DNA of 64,000 nucleotides from an uncultured Pseudomonadales bacterium (GCA_964618725.1 CAZUBK010000001.1:68878-132877); one strand, 5' to 3'; counted from the first letter of the stretch, positions 52,181 to 62,866 are shown. Made by a program: numbers and translations. Notes: generated by a model from the sequence alone, not told the origin.

Positions 52181-55105
52181 TTAAGCGTGGCGACGATTTA
52201 CAGCAACGACCTCACCCTTTCTTAGCTCCCCGATCAGGGCTTGGCGCTTGATCTCTTCCTCGTATTCGCTTGGCCAGTCGGGAAGAGTGGCATCGACAAC
52301 TTCATTGAGGTCACAATCAGCCTCTTTTCTTTTTTGCTGGAGAAGACGAATAACTTCTCGTGCCTTACCGGCAGCGAGGAGGTCGGGGGTGAGATTGGTA
52401 TCTAGTTCAATGGATAGGTCAGTGTCGGCTTTACTAAAGACGACTTCTTTGAGATTGAGTTCCTCTTTGATCAGTTCGATTAGATCGGGACTTAAGTTAA
52501 TCCCGTCCTTACTGGAGATGGTAATTTTACTTAGTGGTTGGCGAACGGGGAGATTGCTTTGTTTTCGAGCGGCGTGGCCTTGTTCGACTATCTTTCGTAT
52601 CAGAGTCATAGCCTGTTCGAGCGGCTGATCGATGTATTCATTATTGAACTTGGGCCAGTTAGTTAGATGAACAGAATCTCCGGTGAGATTGCGATGCATC
52701 TGATCGGCGATGAAGGGAGTGAACGGCATGAGGAGTTGGCCTAAAGTGAAAAAGGTATGGTGAAGGACATTCATGCAGGATTGTTTGTCTTCACTTTCTT
52801 CGACAGTTGGCCCAACGCGGTCGCGGGAACGACGAATGTACCAAGTGGAGAGGTCGTTAACGAAGTCTTCAATGGTATTAGCGGCGGTAAAGGCATTGTA
52901 TTGATCAAGTGAGTCAGTCACTATCTTCATAGTCGAGTGAAGACGGCTTAAGATCCAGCGATCGAGATCACTATTTGGAGTTAACTCACCAGGGACAAAG
53001 TTCTCAAGGCAAGCATAGTTGACGTAGAAGCGGTATGAGTTCCAGAGAATCATATGGAAGCGGCGTCTGACTTCATCGGCCAATTTGAAACCAAAGAGGA
53101 GATTACTTTGGGGGGTGTGGCGGACAAACATCCAGCGCATGACGTCACTGCCGATTTTCCCGGCGGCTTCGTTAAACTCGATTGAGTTACCCCAGGATTT
53201 ATGCATGGCACGACCGTCTTCGGCTAGAAGTGAAGCAAATCCCAAAAGATTGAGGAAAGGAGGAGTATCCTCAAGGACGGTACTCATGGTAAGAAGAGAG
53301 TAGAACCAGTTCTTGAATTGACCAGGGAAGGACTCGGTAACAAAATCTGCCGGGAACCAATATTTCCAGTACTCTTGGTTGTCGGTGTAGCTAACTTTTT
53401 TAGTCTTGGGATCAATTAGAGTAGAAAAAGGAACAATACCGGCATCAAGCCAAGGGTTACCAACATCAGGAATACGCGAGGCAGCGCCACCACAGTCACA
53501 TTTGATTTTGATCTTGTCAATAAAAGGCCGATGTGGAGTATGCCCGTCAAACTCATCCCAACCACTAATGGCCTTTTCTTTTAGTTCATCGTAACTGCCG
53601 ATGACTTCAAACTGGTGACATTTGGGACATTCCCAAATGGGGAGAGCGAGACCCCAGTAGCGCTTTTTACTGATGAGCCAATCGTGCATGTTTTTCAACC
53701 AATCTAATTCTCTATCCAGACCAAAATCGGGGATCCAGTTGATTTGTTTGGTGATTTTCTTAAGACGGGGACGGAGGGGATTCTGGCCGTTATCCATACC
53801 GATATACCACTCGTCGACCACTCGCCACATCAGTTCGGTCTTACAGCGCCAACAGGCGGGATAGCGGTGTTTGTAATGATGGGTAGCAACGACGCTGTCC
53901 TTTTCCTTTAAGTAATCGAGGACCAACTCGGGGTGCTTTTTAGCATTTTGAGTAGAGAGGAAACCGAATCCCTCGTAATAGCTACCGTCTTCGTCGATGG
54001 GAGCAATGACGGAGAGACTTTCTTTCTTGCCCAAGGCAAAGTCCTCGGTACCGGCTCCGGGAGCAATATGCACAAGACCAGTTCCTTCACTTGGAGTAAC
54101 CAGATCCTTGGCGGGAATGATGGTATGGAAAGTGTCGGGGTGAGTTTGTTTGGCTTTTTGGACGACAGGGAGGTTGTCGAAGGGACCGACATATTTCTTG
54201 TTTAAGAGATCACTTCCAGAAATACTCTTGAATTTTTCATAGCTGTTACCAATTAGCTTAAAGACGCGGTCAGCCGGTTTGATATCAACGTCGAAATCGC
54301 CGGACTCGAGAAGTAGAAGCTGCTCACCTGTTTGAGGATGCCTGTAAACGGCATAAGTATAGTCGGGGTGAATGGCAACGGCGACATTGGCGGGGATGGT
54401 CCAGGGAGTGGTGGTCCAGACCAAGAGGGAGAAGTCCTCGCCTTCAACGGGCAACTTAAAAAAGACTGATTCATGGACGGCCTCTTTGTAATCCTCGGTA
54501 AGCATCTCGTGCTGAGAAATGGCGGTGCCACAGCGGGGGCACCAAGGAACCGAGTCGTGACCTTTGTAGATGTAGCCTGCCTCGTGACATTTTTTCAAGA
54601 AATGCCAGATCATGTAGTTGTTCTCGTCACTCATGGTGAAGTAAGAGTTGTCCCAGTCCATGAAATAGCCAAGGCGTTTGCTTTGATCGGTTTGGATGAC
54701 GGAGTACTTACGGACACGCTCTTTGCAGAGCTCGATGAATTTTCCAACACCAAAAGTCTCGATATCCTTCTTGTTCTTGAAGCCAAGCTCTTTCTCGACT
54801 TCGACTTCGACCCAAAGGCCTTGGCAGTCAAAGCCGTTCTGGAATCTTTGCTTAAACCCTTGCATGTTCTTGTAGCGCTGCCAGAGATCTTTGTAGGTCC
54901 GCCCCCAGGCGTGATGGACACCCATGGGGTTGTTGGCGGTAATGGGACCGTCCTGAAAATAGAACTTTTCTTTCTTGGCGTCGTTTTTGTGGAGGTAGTT
55001 CTCAACCGTGCCATCCTGATACCACTGATCCAAAAGGGACTGTTCCATTTCAGGGAAATTGGGATTACTGTCGACTGGTTTGATTTGGTTCTTATGTTTG
55101 GTCAT
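52181..55105 (-). CDS. ileS: Isoleucyl-tRNA synthetase, type 2
   Basis: DGPITAN, GVHH (HIGH site), WTTTPWT, GTGLVHIAP, AMHKS (KMSKS site); upstream T-box with AUC specifier. Confidence 0.95.
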   Translation of the reverse strand: MTKHKNQIKPVDSNPNFPEMEQSLLDQWYQDGTVENYLHKNDAKKEKFYFQDGPITANNPMGVHHAWGRTYKDLWQRYKNMQGFKQRFQNGFDCQGLWVEVEVEKELGFKNKKDIETFGVGKFIELCKERVRKYSVIQTDQSKRLGYFMDWDNSYFTMSDENNYMIWHFLKKCHEAGYIYKGHDSVPWCPRCGTAISQHEMLTEDYKEAVHESVFFKLPVEGEDFSLLVWTTTPWTIPANVAVAIHPDYTYAVYRHPQTGEQLLLLESGDFDVDIKPADRVFKLIGNSYEKFKSISGSDLLNKKYVGPFDNLPVVQKAKQTHPDTFHTIIPAKDLVTPSEGTGLVHIAPGAGTEDFALGKKESLSVIAPIDEDGSYYEGFGFLSTQNAKKHPELVLDYLKEKDSVVATHHYKHRYPACWRCKTELMWRVVDEWYIGMDNGQNPLRPRLKKITKQINWIPDFGLDRELDWLKNMHDWLISKKRYWGLALPIWECPKCHQFEVIGSYDELKEKAISGWDEFDGHTPHRPFIDKIKIKCDCGGAASRIPDVGNPWLDAGIVPFSTLIDPKTKKVSYTDNQEYWKYWFPADFVTESFPGQFKNWFYSLLTMSTVLEDTPPFLNLLGFASLLAEDGRAMHKSWGNSIEFNEAAGKIGSDVMRWMFVRHTPQSNLLFGFKLADEVRRRFHMILWNSYRFYVNYACLENFVPGELTPNSDLDRWILSRLHSTMKIVTDSLDQYNAFTAANTIEDFVNDLSTWYIRRSRDRVGPTVEESEDKQSCMNVLHHTFFTLGQLLMPFTPFIADQMHRNLTGDSVHLTNWPKFNNEYIDQPLEQAMTLIRKIVEQGHAARKQSNLPVRQPLSKITISSKDGINLSPDLIELIKEELNLKEVVFSKADTDLSIELDTNLTPDLLAAGKAREVIRLLQQKRKEADCDLNEVVDATLPDWPSEYEEEIKRQALIGELRKGEVVAVNRRHA

Positions 55106-55120
55106 CTTAGTTAATTCTAC

Positions 55121-55290
55121 AAAAAAGGCACGCATAATGCGTGCTTAGATCTCAGCCTACGGCTTCGAGGTACCATCTAAACGGTAACTTAATTACGGCT
55201 GTAACGGGCGTGCCCGAGGAGGTCTAATACAAAGGGAAATCCCTGTGGTTCTTCTCCTGGCTGTCCAGTGATGGCTGGATGAGGCGCTTT
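55121..55290 (-). promoter_or_regulatory. T-box riboswitch (Ile, ultrashort stem I) with terminator
   Basis: Minus strand TCCAG-CCATCA-CTGGA, stem II with AGAA, GGGC/GCCC-GTTA, T-box AGATGGTACCTCG, terminator GCACGCAT..TGCGTGC-C-T6. Confidence 0.85.
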
Positions 55291-55381
55291 ACATGTATTT
55301 TAACTGATTGGGGCTGACTTGACAATCCCGGTGTTATGGGGTATTATGGTTGGAAACGTCTTAGCCCCTGGGAGGCCAAAA

Positions 55382-55588
55382 ATGAGCGAGATCCTGATCG
55401 TCGATGCCGATGGCCACACCTTCGAAAGACGCCAGGTCCCTGGTTGGGTCACTGTTGAGACCAAGCAGATTGAAGGTAAGGTTATTCTCTACGTGGGGAA
55501 CGAGGCACCGGAGGAGTTCATTCCTGAAGAGTTTCAGGAAGTTAGAATTACCCGCTCTGATGGAACGATAGAGCAAATCCTGCTGTAA
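55382..55588 (+). CDS. Small beta-rich hypothetical protein
   Basis: TTGACA..TATTAT promoter, GGAGG, ATG 55382, terminator 55593-55615. Confidence 0.6.
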   Translation: MSEILIVDADGHTFERRQVPGWVTVETKQIEGKVILYVGNEAPEEFIPEEFQEVRITRSDGTIEQILL

Positions 55589-55678
55589 CTTGAGGCCCCG
55601 CTTGGCGGGGCCTTTACTTTTTGTTACTTATGGGTTATGATGGATGAGTTCTAACGATCTCAGCTTAAGGAGAAAAGA

Positions 55679-55906
55679 TTGAAGACTTTACGCGGGAAAG
55701 CTAGCTTCACCTACAGCGGAAATGACCCTGGTTATTTGGATAGTCCGCCACAGGATGCAGAGGTCGAGGTGCTTGCCACCGATGGTGGCACAGTTATCTT
55801 ACGTTGGAAGAGTCTGGATAGTTCTGGATCTGATCTTTACCACACCCAGATTCTTGCTGCTGGCGGCCAGGTGGTCGAAATGGTCTCGAACGAAGAGTTG
55901 AAGTAG
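55679..55906 (+). CDS. Small beta-rich hypothetical protein
   Basis: AAGGAG, TTG start, terminator 55911-55937. Confidence 0.55.
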   Translation: MKTLRGKASFTYSGNDPGYLDSPPQDAEVEVLATDGGTVILRWKSLDSSGSDLYHTQILAAGGQVVEMVSNEELK

Positions 55907-55982
55907 TTTTAGGGCCCCGCAAAATAGCGGGGCCTTTCATTTGGTACAATAGTCGGATCTTGTGATTTTATAGGAGGAGTAC

Positions 55983-56189
55983 TTGAAAAGTCTGTGGGTG
56001 AAGTTTACTGACGGGAGTGCGCATTTAAGAACCGTTGAAGATGAGACAGAGATTGAGTTGGACCCAATCTCAATGGTCTTATATGTGAAGGAAACTGATG
56101 ATATAGGGATTAAGCCCTATTCTTTCAGTCACGTAGTAAGAGCAGTATTGATTGATATTGGTGCGGATCCGGGAACGGATTATTTTTAG
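55983..56189 (+). CDS. Small beta-rich hypothetical protein
   Basis: TACAAT, AGGAGG, TTG start, terminator 56197-56220. Confidence 0.55.
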   Translation: MKSLWVKFTDGSAHLRTVEDETEIELDPISMVLYVKETDDIGIKPYSFSHVVRAVLIDIGADPGTDYF

Positions 56190-56219
56190 GTTTGTTGGCG
56201 GCCGAAAGGCCGCCGTTTT

Positions 56220-57368
56220 TCATTTATTCCTCAAAAAAGCGGGGATATCTAGCTCGTTATCAATATCGACTTCGGAATGTTTGGCCTTGGCATCAAGGTC
56301 GGGATCAGTAGTCCCCCCGTCTTGCTGGTTTGAGTCAGAATCCTGTTCCTCCCGGTATGAGTTAGTGAAGGGAGATTGAGAACGGCTGACAAAGCCCTGA
56401 AGACGGCGCCTACTCTCGTCAAAACCAGTGGCAATGACCGAGATCTTGATCTCGTCTTTCATCTCGTCGCGGACGGTGGCACCGAAGATGATATTAGCGT
56501 CAGTGTCGGCGGCTTCAGCGATAATTTTGCTGGCTTCATTGATCTCACTCATGGTCATGTTACTACTGCCGGTGATGTTGTAGAGGATGCCTCTTGCCCC
56601 ATCAATGCTAGTCTCAAGAAGTGGTGAGGTAACCGCGGCGCGAGCAGCCATTTGAGCGCGTTTGTCGCCGCTGCCAACTCCGGTACCCATGAGGGCAGAG
56701 CCGGCATTAAGCATGACGGAACGAACATCGGCAAAGTCGACGTTGATCATGCCAGGGATAGTGATGAGATCAGAGATGGCTTGAACTCCTTGACCTAGAA
56801 CTGAGTCGGCCATGCGGAAAGCATCTAGGAAGGTAACTTTGGGGTCAATGATATCGATGATTTTTTGATTGGGAATGACAATCAGCGTATCAACGGTATC
56901 TTTAAGTCGATCGATTCCCTCTTCGGCTTGAACCATGCGACGAGTACCTTCAAACATAAAGGGCTTAGTGACAACGGCGACAGTGAGGGCACCGGCTTCT
57001 TTGGCAGCAGAGGCGATAATCGGGGCACCTCCAGTACCAGTTCCACCGCCCATACCGCCAGCTATAAAGACCATATCTGTACCAATGAGAAGATCGCGAA
57101 TTTTTTCCTTGCTTTCTTCGGCGGCGGCTTCACCCACGCCTGGATCGGCACCAGAACCGAGCCCTTTGGTTAGCTTTTCTCCGATCTGGAGTTTGGTGGC
57201 AGCATTGTTGGTGAGTAGGGCTTGGAGGTCGGTATTGACGGCGATAAATTCGACACCCTGAATCTTGCCCTCATTGATCATGGTATTGAGAGCATTGTTG
57301 CCGCCCCCTCCAACACCGAGGACTTTGATCTTGGCGAAAGAATTGATTTCTGGTTTAACTAAACCCAT
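56220..57368 (-). CDS. ftsZ: Cell division GTPase FtsZ
   Basis: GGGTGTG, INVDFAD, C-term LDIPAFLR. Confidence 0.98.
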   Translation of the reverse strand: MGLVKPEINSFAKIKVLGVGGGGNNALNTMINEGKIQGVEFIAVNTDLQALLTNNAATKLQIGEKLTKGLGSGADPGVGEAAAEESKEKIRDLLIGTDMVFIAGGMGGGTGTGGAPIIASAAKEAGALTVAVVTKPFMFEGTRRMVQAEEGIDRLKDTVDTLIVIPNQKIIDIIDPKVTFLDAFRMADSVLGQGVQAISDLITIPGMINVDFADVRSVMLNAGSALMGTGVGSGDKRAQMAARAAVTSPLLETSIDGARGILYNITGSSNMTMSEINEASKIIAEAADTDANIIFGATVRDEMKDEIKISVIATGFDESRRRLQGFVSRSQSPFTNSYREEQDSDSNQQDGGTTDPDLDAKAKHSEVDIDNELDIPAFLRNK

Positions 57369-57449
57369 GGGTATTGATTAAAAATGGTGAAAATAGTGAT
57401 AGATACTGCCGTGATCCTAACAATTAAATTAGTTTTCCACAAGTGAGAC

Positions 57450-58745
57450 TTAGGGAAGAAGTGACCTAGCCCAAGTGAGTCCCTTGTTCACCAGACCCTT
57501 GCCGGGAAGTCCTTTGATTAGACTACCGAACTTGCCGAAACTATGAGTGCTGGCATTCTTGTGAGCGAAGGCATAGAGAATGAGGCCGGTGGCAGTCGAG
57601 AAAGCGGGAGAGCCAATCTCATCAATTAATCCAGCTAGACCTTTGGGGATACCAATGCGAGCAGGAAGCTGTAGAGTCCGCTTGCAACTGCTGATGACTT
57701 CAACAGTCTCGGCACCTCCACCAGTGATGACGATGCCGGCGGGGGTGGAGCCAGCGAAGCCAGAGCGCTTGATTTCAGCACCAACCAGGGAAAAGATCTC
57801 GTTGAGACGAGGTCTGATGATACCCTCGACTAAGGTCTTGCGAGAGGTGGCACGAATATCTTCTTTGAGACCCAATCTAGTTAGGTTGATCTCGTCGAGC
57901 TTGGACTTAGAAAGATTTTTGTCGGGTTCTTTAGTTTTTTGGGCTTCGTATTCGAGAATGGTGAGATGTTGCTTGATCTTTTCGGCCGAGTCGAGACTGA
58001 CGCGAAGACCAATTGCAAGATCATTGGTAATATTCTTGGCGCCAACTGGAAGGACAGCGGAGTGAGAAATAGCCCCATCGATGAATATAGAGATGGAGGT
58101 AGTTCCCCCACCAATGTCGACTAAAACGACACCAAGTTCTTTTTCGGTTTCTGATAAAACAGCCTCTGATGAAGCCAGGCCGGCAAAGACTAGGGCTTGA
58201 GTCTCGATGGCCATCTCGGTAACACATTTATTGATATTTCGGACAACGGCATTACTACTGGTAATGATGTGGGCATCGGCCTCGAGTCGCACCCCTGTCA
58301 TTCCGAGGGGATCTCTAACACCAGACTGAGAGTCGACAATGTAACCACGAGGAATGACGTGGAGTATTTCTCGAGAAGAAGGGAGAGGAATGGCACGAGC
58401 GGCCTCAATGGCTCGAGCAACATCAGCTTGCACAATCTCGGACTCGGGGGTACCGACGGCGACGACACCTTTGGAGTTCTGTGACTGGATATGATCACCA
58501 GAAATCGAGATGAAGGCCGCGTTGACGGAATACCCGGCCATCCGCTCGGCGGCTTCAACAGATGCAGTTATCGAGGAAATGGCGTCCTCGATATCGACGA
58601 CTTGGCTTTTGCGGATGCCCTTACTGGGAGAAGAAGCGACGCCGACGACATTGAGACGATTCTGATCCTCGGAGGGGGCGACGATGATGGTGGTAATTTT
58701 GCTACTTCCGATATCAATACCAGTGATAAGTTGTGGACGGGACAT
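57450..58745 (-). CDS. ftsA: Cell division protein FtsA
   Basis: GIDIGSSK, VDIGGGTT, VITGGG, C-terminal amphipathic helix. Confidence 0.96.
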   Translation of the reverse strand: MSRPQLITGIDIGSSKITTIIVAPSEDQNRLNVVGVASSPSKGIRKSQVVDIEDAISSITASVEAAERMAGYSVNAAFISISGDHIQSQNSKGVVAVGTPESEIVQADVARAIEAARAIPLPSSREILHVIPRGYIVDSQSGVRDPLGMTGVRLEADAHIITSSNAVVRNINKCVTEMAIETQALVFAGLASSEAVLSETEKELGVVLVDIGGGTTSISIFIDGAISHSAVLPVGAKNITNDLAIGLRVSLDSAEKIKQHLTILEYEAQKTKEPDKNLSKSKLDEINLTRLGLKEDIRATSRKTLVEGIIRPRLNEIFSLVGAEIKRSGFAGSTPAGIVITGGGAETVEVISSCKRTLQLPARIGIPKGLAGLIDEIGSPAFSTATGLILYAFAHKNASTHSFGKFGSLIKGLPGKGLVNKGLTWARSLLP

Positions 58746-58746
58746 A

Positions 58747-59643
58747 TTAGTTTGAGTTTCCGCTATTTTCCAAATTATTGATTTTAGAGATCACTGGATT
58801 GCTAAACCGTAAGTCTATTATAGATTGATCAGGATTAATTGTAGACTCGTGGAGAATTTGTTGTAAAGAGGCTACAGACTGGCGAGGGTCCTTGTTGAGA
58901 CTGAAAACAACTAAAGTGGTCTTATTGAGAAAAAGCGTTGCTGTAGTATTTGTCGCCCAGACAACCTTAGTGTCGATATTACTTTCGGTCAACTCTTGGT
59001 AGAGCTGATAGAGATTTTCGAGTGAATCGGGTGAGGGGAGATCGTTTTCGACTAGTAATTTAATGATTCTGTCTGTGTCAAGAGTGGAACTTGATTGAAT
59101 GAGGGATCCCTTTGACGTTAAATAGAAATGGTCGAAAATTGGGTCATTGACAGACTTGAGCTCTATCAGAGTACGGTGAGTGGAGGATGATGTGGCGATT
59201 TCATCCTCAGCTGTCTCCGCTGCAGATGTAGCCGAAGACGGAGAAGAGATGGGAGGTGGGGTAGATCGAATAAGTTGGAGCAAGATAAGATTTCTAGAAG
59301 TAAATAGATTAACAGTGAGAAGATCGGGAAATATGACCTTGAACTGGATGTCCTCAATCTCTGGACTGATCTGCAAGAGTCTTTGTTTAAGTGATTTGGT
59401 TTGCAGAGCAATAGTTTTAGTGCCCTTAAGTGATTCTATTTGGGTCTTAAGATTATTCTCACACGGTTTGGAGTCAAGGGTACAGGAGATCGTTTTGATA
59501 CGGAAATAGGGGCCGAAGAATAGTTGATAGAGGCCAAGGAGTAACACAAACAGTAAGGTTGGGTAAAGGAGGCGTTTGGGTTTGAGGAGAATATTGCCGG
59601 TACCGGTAGTCCGGAAGAGATGGCGGAGACGACGGTGAGACAT
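58747..59643 (-). CDS. ftsQ: FtsQ/DivIB-like protein
   Basis: TM, POTRA-like (FPD.L.V), C-term IDLRF; lies between murG and ftsA. Confidence 0.7.
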   Translation of the reverse strand: MSHRRLRHLFRTTGTGNILLKPKRLLYPTLLFVLLLGLYQLFFGPYFRIKTISCTLDSKPCENNLKTQIESLKGTKTIALQTKSLKQRLLQISPEIEDIQFKVIFPDLLTVNLFTSRNLILLQLIRSTPPPISSPSSATSAAETAEDEIATSSSTHRTLIELKSVNDPIFDHFYLTSKGSLIQSSSTLDTDRIIKLLVENDLPSPDSLENLYQLYQELTESNIDTKVVWATNTTATLFLNKTTLVVFSLNKDPRQSVASLQQILHESTINPDQSIIDLRFSNPVISKINNLENSGNSN

Positions 59644-60737
59644 TATTTTAAATATGGCTCTAGTTCCTTGAGGATGCGATGCGTAGCATCAGTGATGACG
59701 GGTATGCTTTTGCGAGTTTTGGGCTTGAGTTTTAGGATATTGTCGATCGCAGCCTGAAGCGTAACTGGGGTGAGATCGGCCTCGTTTAGAATGGTTGTCG
59801 TGGTATGTAAAGCTAAGATCTTGGCGTTTTCCATCTGTTCATTGTGAGAGACCCAGGGAATGGGAATAACAATATTAAGTTTGTTTAAAATGATTAGCTC
59901 GTAAACAGTGTGAGCACCGGCACGAGAGATGATCAAGTCGGCACGGTGCAGATACTTGCGGCCTTGTTTGCCGAAGAAGTAGGGTTGATTAAGATAGCGC
60001 TTTCTCTTTTGGGGCGTCAGAGAGGCCCTGAGTCGGCGAGCTTTGTCTTGGTCGGCGGTAATGGTGTGGGATCCGGTTTGGTGAACGACCTTAAATTTCT
60101 CGACAAGGCGGGGGATAAGGGGAAAAACAGCTTGATTGATGATATGACTGCCTTGTTTACCACAAGTAATGAAGATGGTTTTGAGCTTAGAAGGAAGGGG
60201 CTTATCTTTCAGAAAATCGGAGGGGATGGGAAGACCGGTCACAATGGCCTTTTGAGATGGATAGTTAGACCGCGATGATTGATGAGTCAAAAAGATTTTT
60301 TTGACAAAAGGGGTGACGGCTTTGTTGGCATAACCGGCGGTGACGGTCTGTTCATGGGTGACGCTCTTGATACGGAGAAGCCAACCGACGATAACTACAG
60401 GGACGGCCATATAGCCGCCAAAAGAGACGATTAAACAAGGGCGAATCTTAAGTAGGTAAGTGAGTGCTTGAAAGAAACCAGTAAGAATTTTGAGAAATTC
60501 GAGGGGATTCTTCTTGCGATAGAACTTGCCGGTTTTGAATTCGTAGAAAGGAATCTGATGCGAGGTGACCTCTTGATACTCGGCGCTGAGAGACTTGTCA
60601 CCACGGATTGTGAACTTGTGCCCTACCCAGACCACGGGAATGCCTTTTTTCCGTAGCTCTAGAGCGACGACGAGAGCGGAGTTATGGTGACCACCGATGA
60701 AGAGAACGGGTCTTTGGATTAATTTAGAGGCGCTCAT
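59643..60737 (-). CDS. murG: MurG GlcNAc transferase
   Basis: GGH, FGGY, HEQ, ISRAGA, EQMENA; start at 60737. Confidence 0.9.
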   Translation of the reverse strand: MSASKLIQRPVLFIGGHHNSALVVALELRKKGIPVVWVGHKFTIRGDKSLSAEYQEVTSHQIPFYEFKTGKFYRKKNPLEFLKILTGFFQALTYLLKIRPCLIVSFGGYMAVPVVIVGWLLRIKSVTHEQTVTAGYANKAVTPFVKKIFLTHQSSRSNYPSQKAIVTGLPIPSDFLKDKPLPSKLKTIFITCGKQGSHIINQAVFPLIPRLVEKFKVVHQTGSHTITADQDKARRLRASLTPQKRKRYLNQPYFFGKQGRKYLHRADLIISRAGAHTVYELIILNKLNIVIPIPWVSHNEQMENAKILALHTTTTILNEADLTPVTLQAAIDNILKLKPKTRKSIPVITDATHRILKELEPYLK

Positions 60738-61824
60738 AACGAGCAATACTTAGTAATATGCCGATACCAGACAAGAGAGTAATTAATGAAGATCCACCAT
60801 ATGATATCAAAGGTAGAGGAATGCCGGTTAGCGGTACGATGGCTACCATGGCGGCCAGATTAAGCAGTACTTGCGTAGCAAAGAGTCCTGAGATGGAGGC
60901 AGCAAGGAGTTGATTGAAGCGGACTTGAGATTGCCTGGCGATGCGAAAGCCGACGTAGACGAGGGCGAGAAGAAGAAAAATAATGACTAAGCCACCAATG
61001 AAACCCATTTCTTCACCAATAATGGCAAAGATAGAGTCAGTGGTGGCTTCGGGAAGATATTGATATTTCTGACGACTGCGACCAAGACCCACTCCGATTA
61101 AGCCTCCTGACCCTAAAGCAATCAGGATCTGATTGATGTGATACGAGGAGCCGAGGGGATCACTAGTTGGATTAAGAAATGTAAGTAGTCGAGCACGACG
61201 GTAGGCGGAAGAAAGAATGAGAAGAAGGCCAATGGCGCCACCACCAAAGATGAGGGTAAGTAGCTTACTTATATCAGCACCGGAGATGAAATAGAGAAGG
61301 ATACTACTGCTGGCGATAATAATAGCGGTACCAAGATCGGGTTGGAGCATGATAAGGGCAAGGATTGGGGTGATAATAGCTGTAAAGGAGATGAGGGGCT
61401 GATCTTTCTCTAACCACGAGGAGAGGTAGAGCATAAGAGCGAGCTTGGTGAACTCGGAAGGTTGAAGGGTGAATCCGAGGAGGTTGATCCAGCGTCTGGC
61501 GCCAAGGACCTTATTACCGATACCGGGAATGAGGACGGCTAACATAAGAACTAGGCTGATGATCAGAAAAGAAGGAGCGAGGCGCTTGAAAAGAACGGGG
61601 GGGAATCGACTAATAATGAGCATCGCGGTTATCCCCAATACAGCCCATTTGAGTTGTTGAAGGGCAAAATAGTATTTGTTGTTAAATAGAGTATAGGCAT
61701 CAACGACGGAGGCGTTGTAAACCGCAATGACTCCAAGAGAAACTAATAGGAGGGTGAGGAAACTGAGCGAGGAAATAACGGGAGAGCGAAACTGAGCCAG
61801 GTTTAGAAGCTTTTGCCGGGACAT
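60724..61824 (-). CDS. ftsW: SEDS protein FtsW
   Basis: GARRWI..QPSEF.K, SRQK..YLPEATTDSIF. Confidence 0.93.
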   Translation of the reverse strand: MSRQKLLNLAQFRSPVISSLSFLTLLLVSLGVIAVYNASVVDAYTLFNNKYYFALQQLKWAVLGITAMLIISRFPPVLFKRLAPSFLIISLVLMLAVLIPGIGNKVLGARRWINLLGFTLQPSEFTKLALMLYLSSWLEKDQPLISFTAIITPILALIMLQPDLGTAIIIASSSILLYFISGADISKLLTLIFGGGAIGLLLILSSAYRRARLLTFLNPTSDPLGSSYHINQILIALGSGGLIGVGLGRSRQKYQYLPEATTDSIFAIIGEEMGFIGGLVIIFLLLALVYVGFRIARQSQVRFNQLLAASISGLFATQVLLNLAAMVAIVPLTGIPLPLISYGGSSLITLLSGIGILLSIARYERL

Positions 61825-61837
61825 AGGAATAGGAATC

Positions 61838-62866
61838 TTAAATTACGGCTAACCAGACCCCGAAGATAACGACCATGATGCCGGCTAACCAGGCGCGCTG
61901 GACAATCTTTGGTTCTGGCCAACCAATTTTGAGAAGCCAGTAGTGGAGGGGGGCGACTGGGAAAAGTCGTTTGTGACGCAGTTTAATTGAGAGGATTTGA
62001 AGAAAGCTACTTAAGCCTATGACGATGAAGGGACTGCCCATGATGATGAGGGCAAAGACCTTGCCGATGAGGAGACCGACGACGGCCAGGGTGGCACCAA
62101 AAGCCATAGCGCCGACATCGCCCATGAAGATACGGGCGGGGTAGACGTTGAAATAGAGAAAAGCAATGAGACTGCCCAACCAAAGAGCAAGAAAGATAGA
62201 GAGGGGGGTATCGAGGATAGCGGCAGATAGAAGCCAGAAGCCAAAAAGAGTAATCATGAGGAGGCCGCCGGCGAGTCCATCCATACCATCGGTGATATTG
62301 ACGGCATTGCTAAAGCCGATAATGAGAAAAGTAGACAACGGGATGAAGAAGATGCCGAGATCAAAGACACCGACGAAGGGAATGTTGAGGATACTGATAC
62401 CGAGATTGTTGTAGAGCATGTAGCTAATAACACCAGCGAGAACGATCTGGATGACAAACTTGTGAGCAGTTTTAAGCCCGGCAAAGCCAGAACTGTCTCT
62501 ACTTAGTTCAAAGAAGCCGATGATGTCGTCATAAAGGCCGAGAAGACCGAAGGAGATGAAAGTGAAGAAGATGATATTTAGTTCATGAGTCAGGGGATAG
62601 ACTTGGGTGATATAGACGCCTAAGAACTTGATCATGGGAAAAATGAAGGCGAAGAGAAGACTGACGATGACAAGAATAAGAAGACCGCCACCTTCCGGTG
62701 TTCTAGCTTTACTTTTAATATGCTCGGAGGCGGCGGTTTTGTTGCCACTTAGAATGGAGGATTTGCTCTTGTAAAAACGGATCCGATACAACAGATCAAT
62801 AAAAGGAACGATGGCAATACTAGTAATGATAAATGAAAAAATGAGTAGACCTAAAAGTAGCGACAT
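61838..62866 (-). CDS. mraY: Phospho-MurNAc-pentapeptide transferase
   Basis: TPEGGG, GLYDD, NAVNITDGMDGL, IFMGDVG, APLH. Confidence 0.95.
   Translation of the reverse strand: MSLLLGLLIFSFIITSIAIVPFIDLLYRIRFYKSKSSILSGNKTAASEHIKSKARTPEGGGLLILVIVSLLFAFIFPMIKFLGVYITQVYPLTHELNIIFFTFISFGLLGLYDDIIGFFELSRDSSGFAGLKTAHKFVIQIVLAGVISYMLYNNLGISILNIPFVGVFDLGIFFIPLSTFLIIGFSNAVNITDGMDGLAGGLLMITLFGFWLLSAAILDTPLSIFLALWLGSLIAFLYFNVYPARIFMGDVGAMAFGATLAVVGLLIGKVFALIIMGSPFIVIGLSSFLQILSIKLRHKRLFPVAPLHYWLLKIGWPEPKIVQRAWLAGIMVVIFGVWLAVI

Noticed and set aside
52248-55114. Long antisense ORFs over ileS (also over ftsA/ftsZ and the PIF1 gene)
   Set aside because: Shadow frames from codon bias of well-supported opposite-strand genes.
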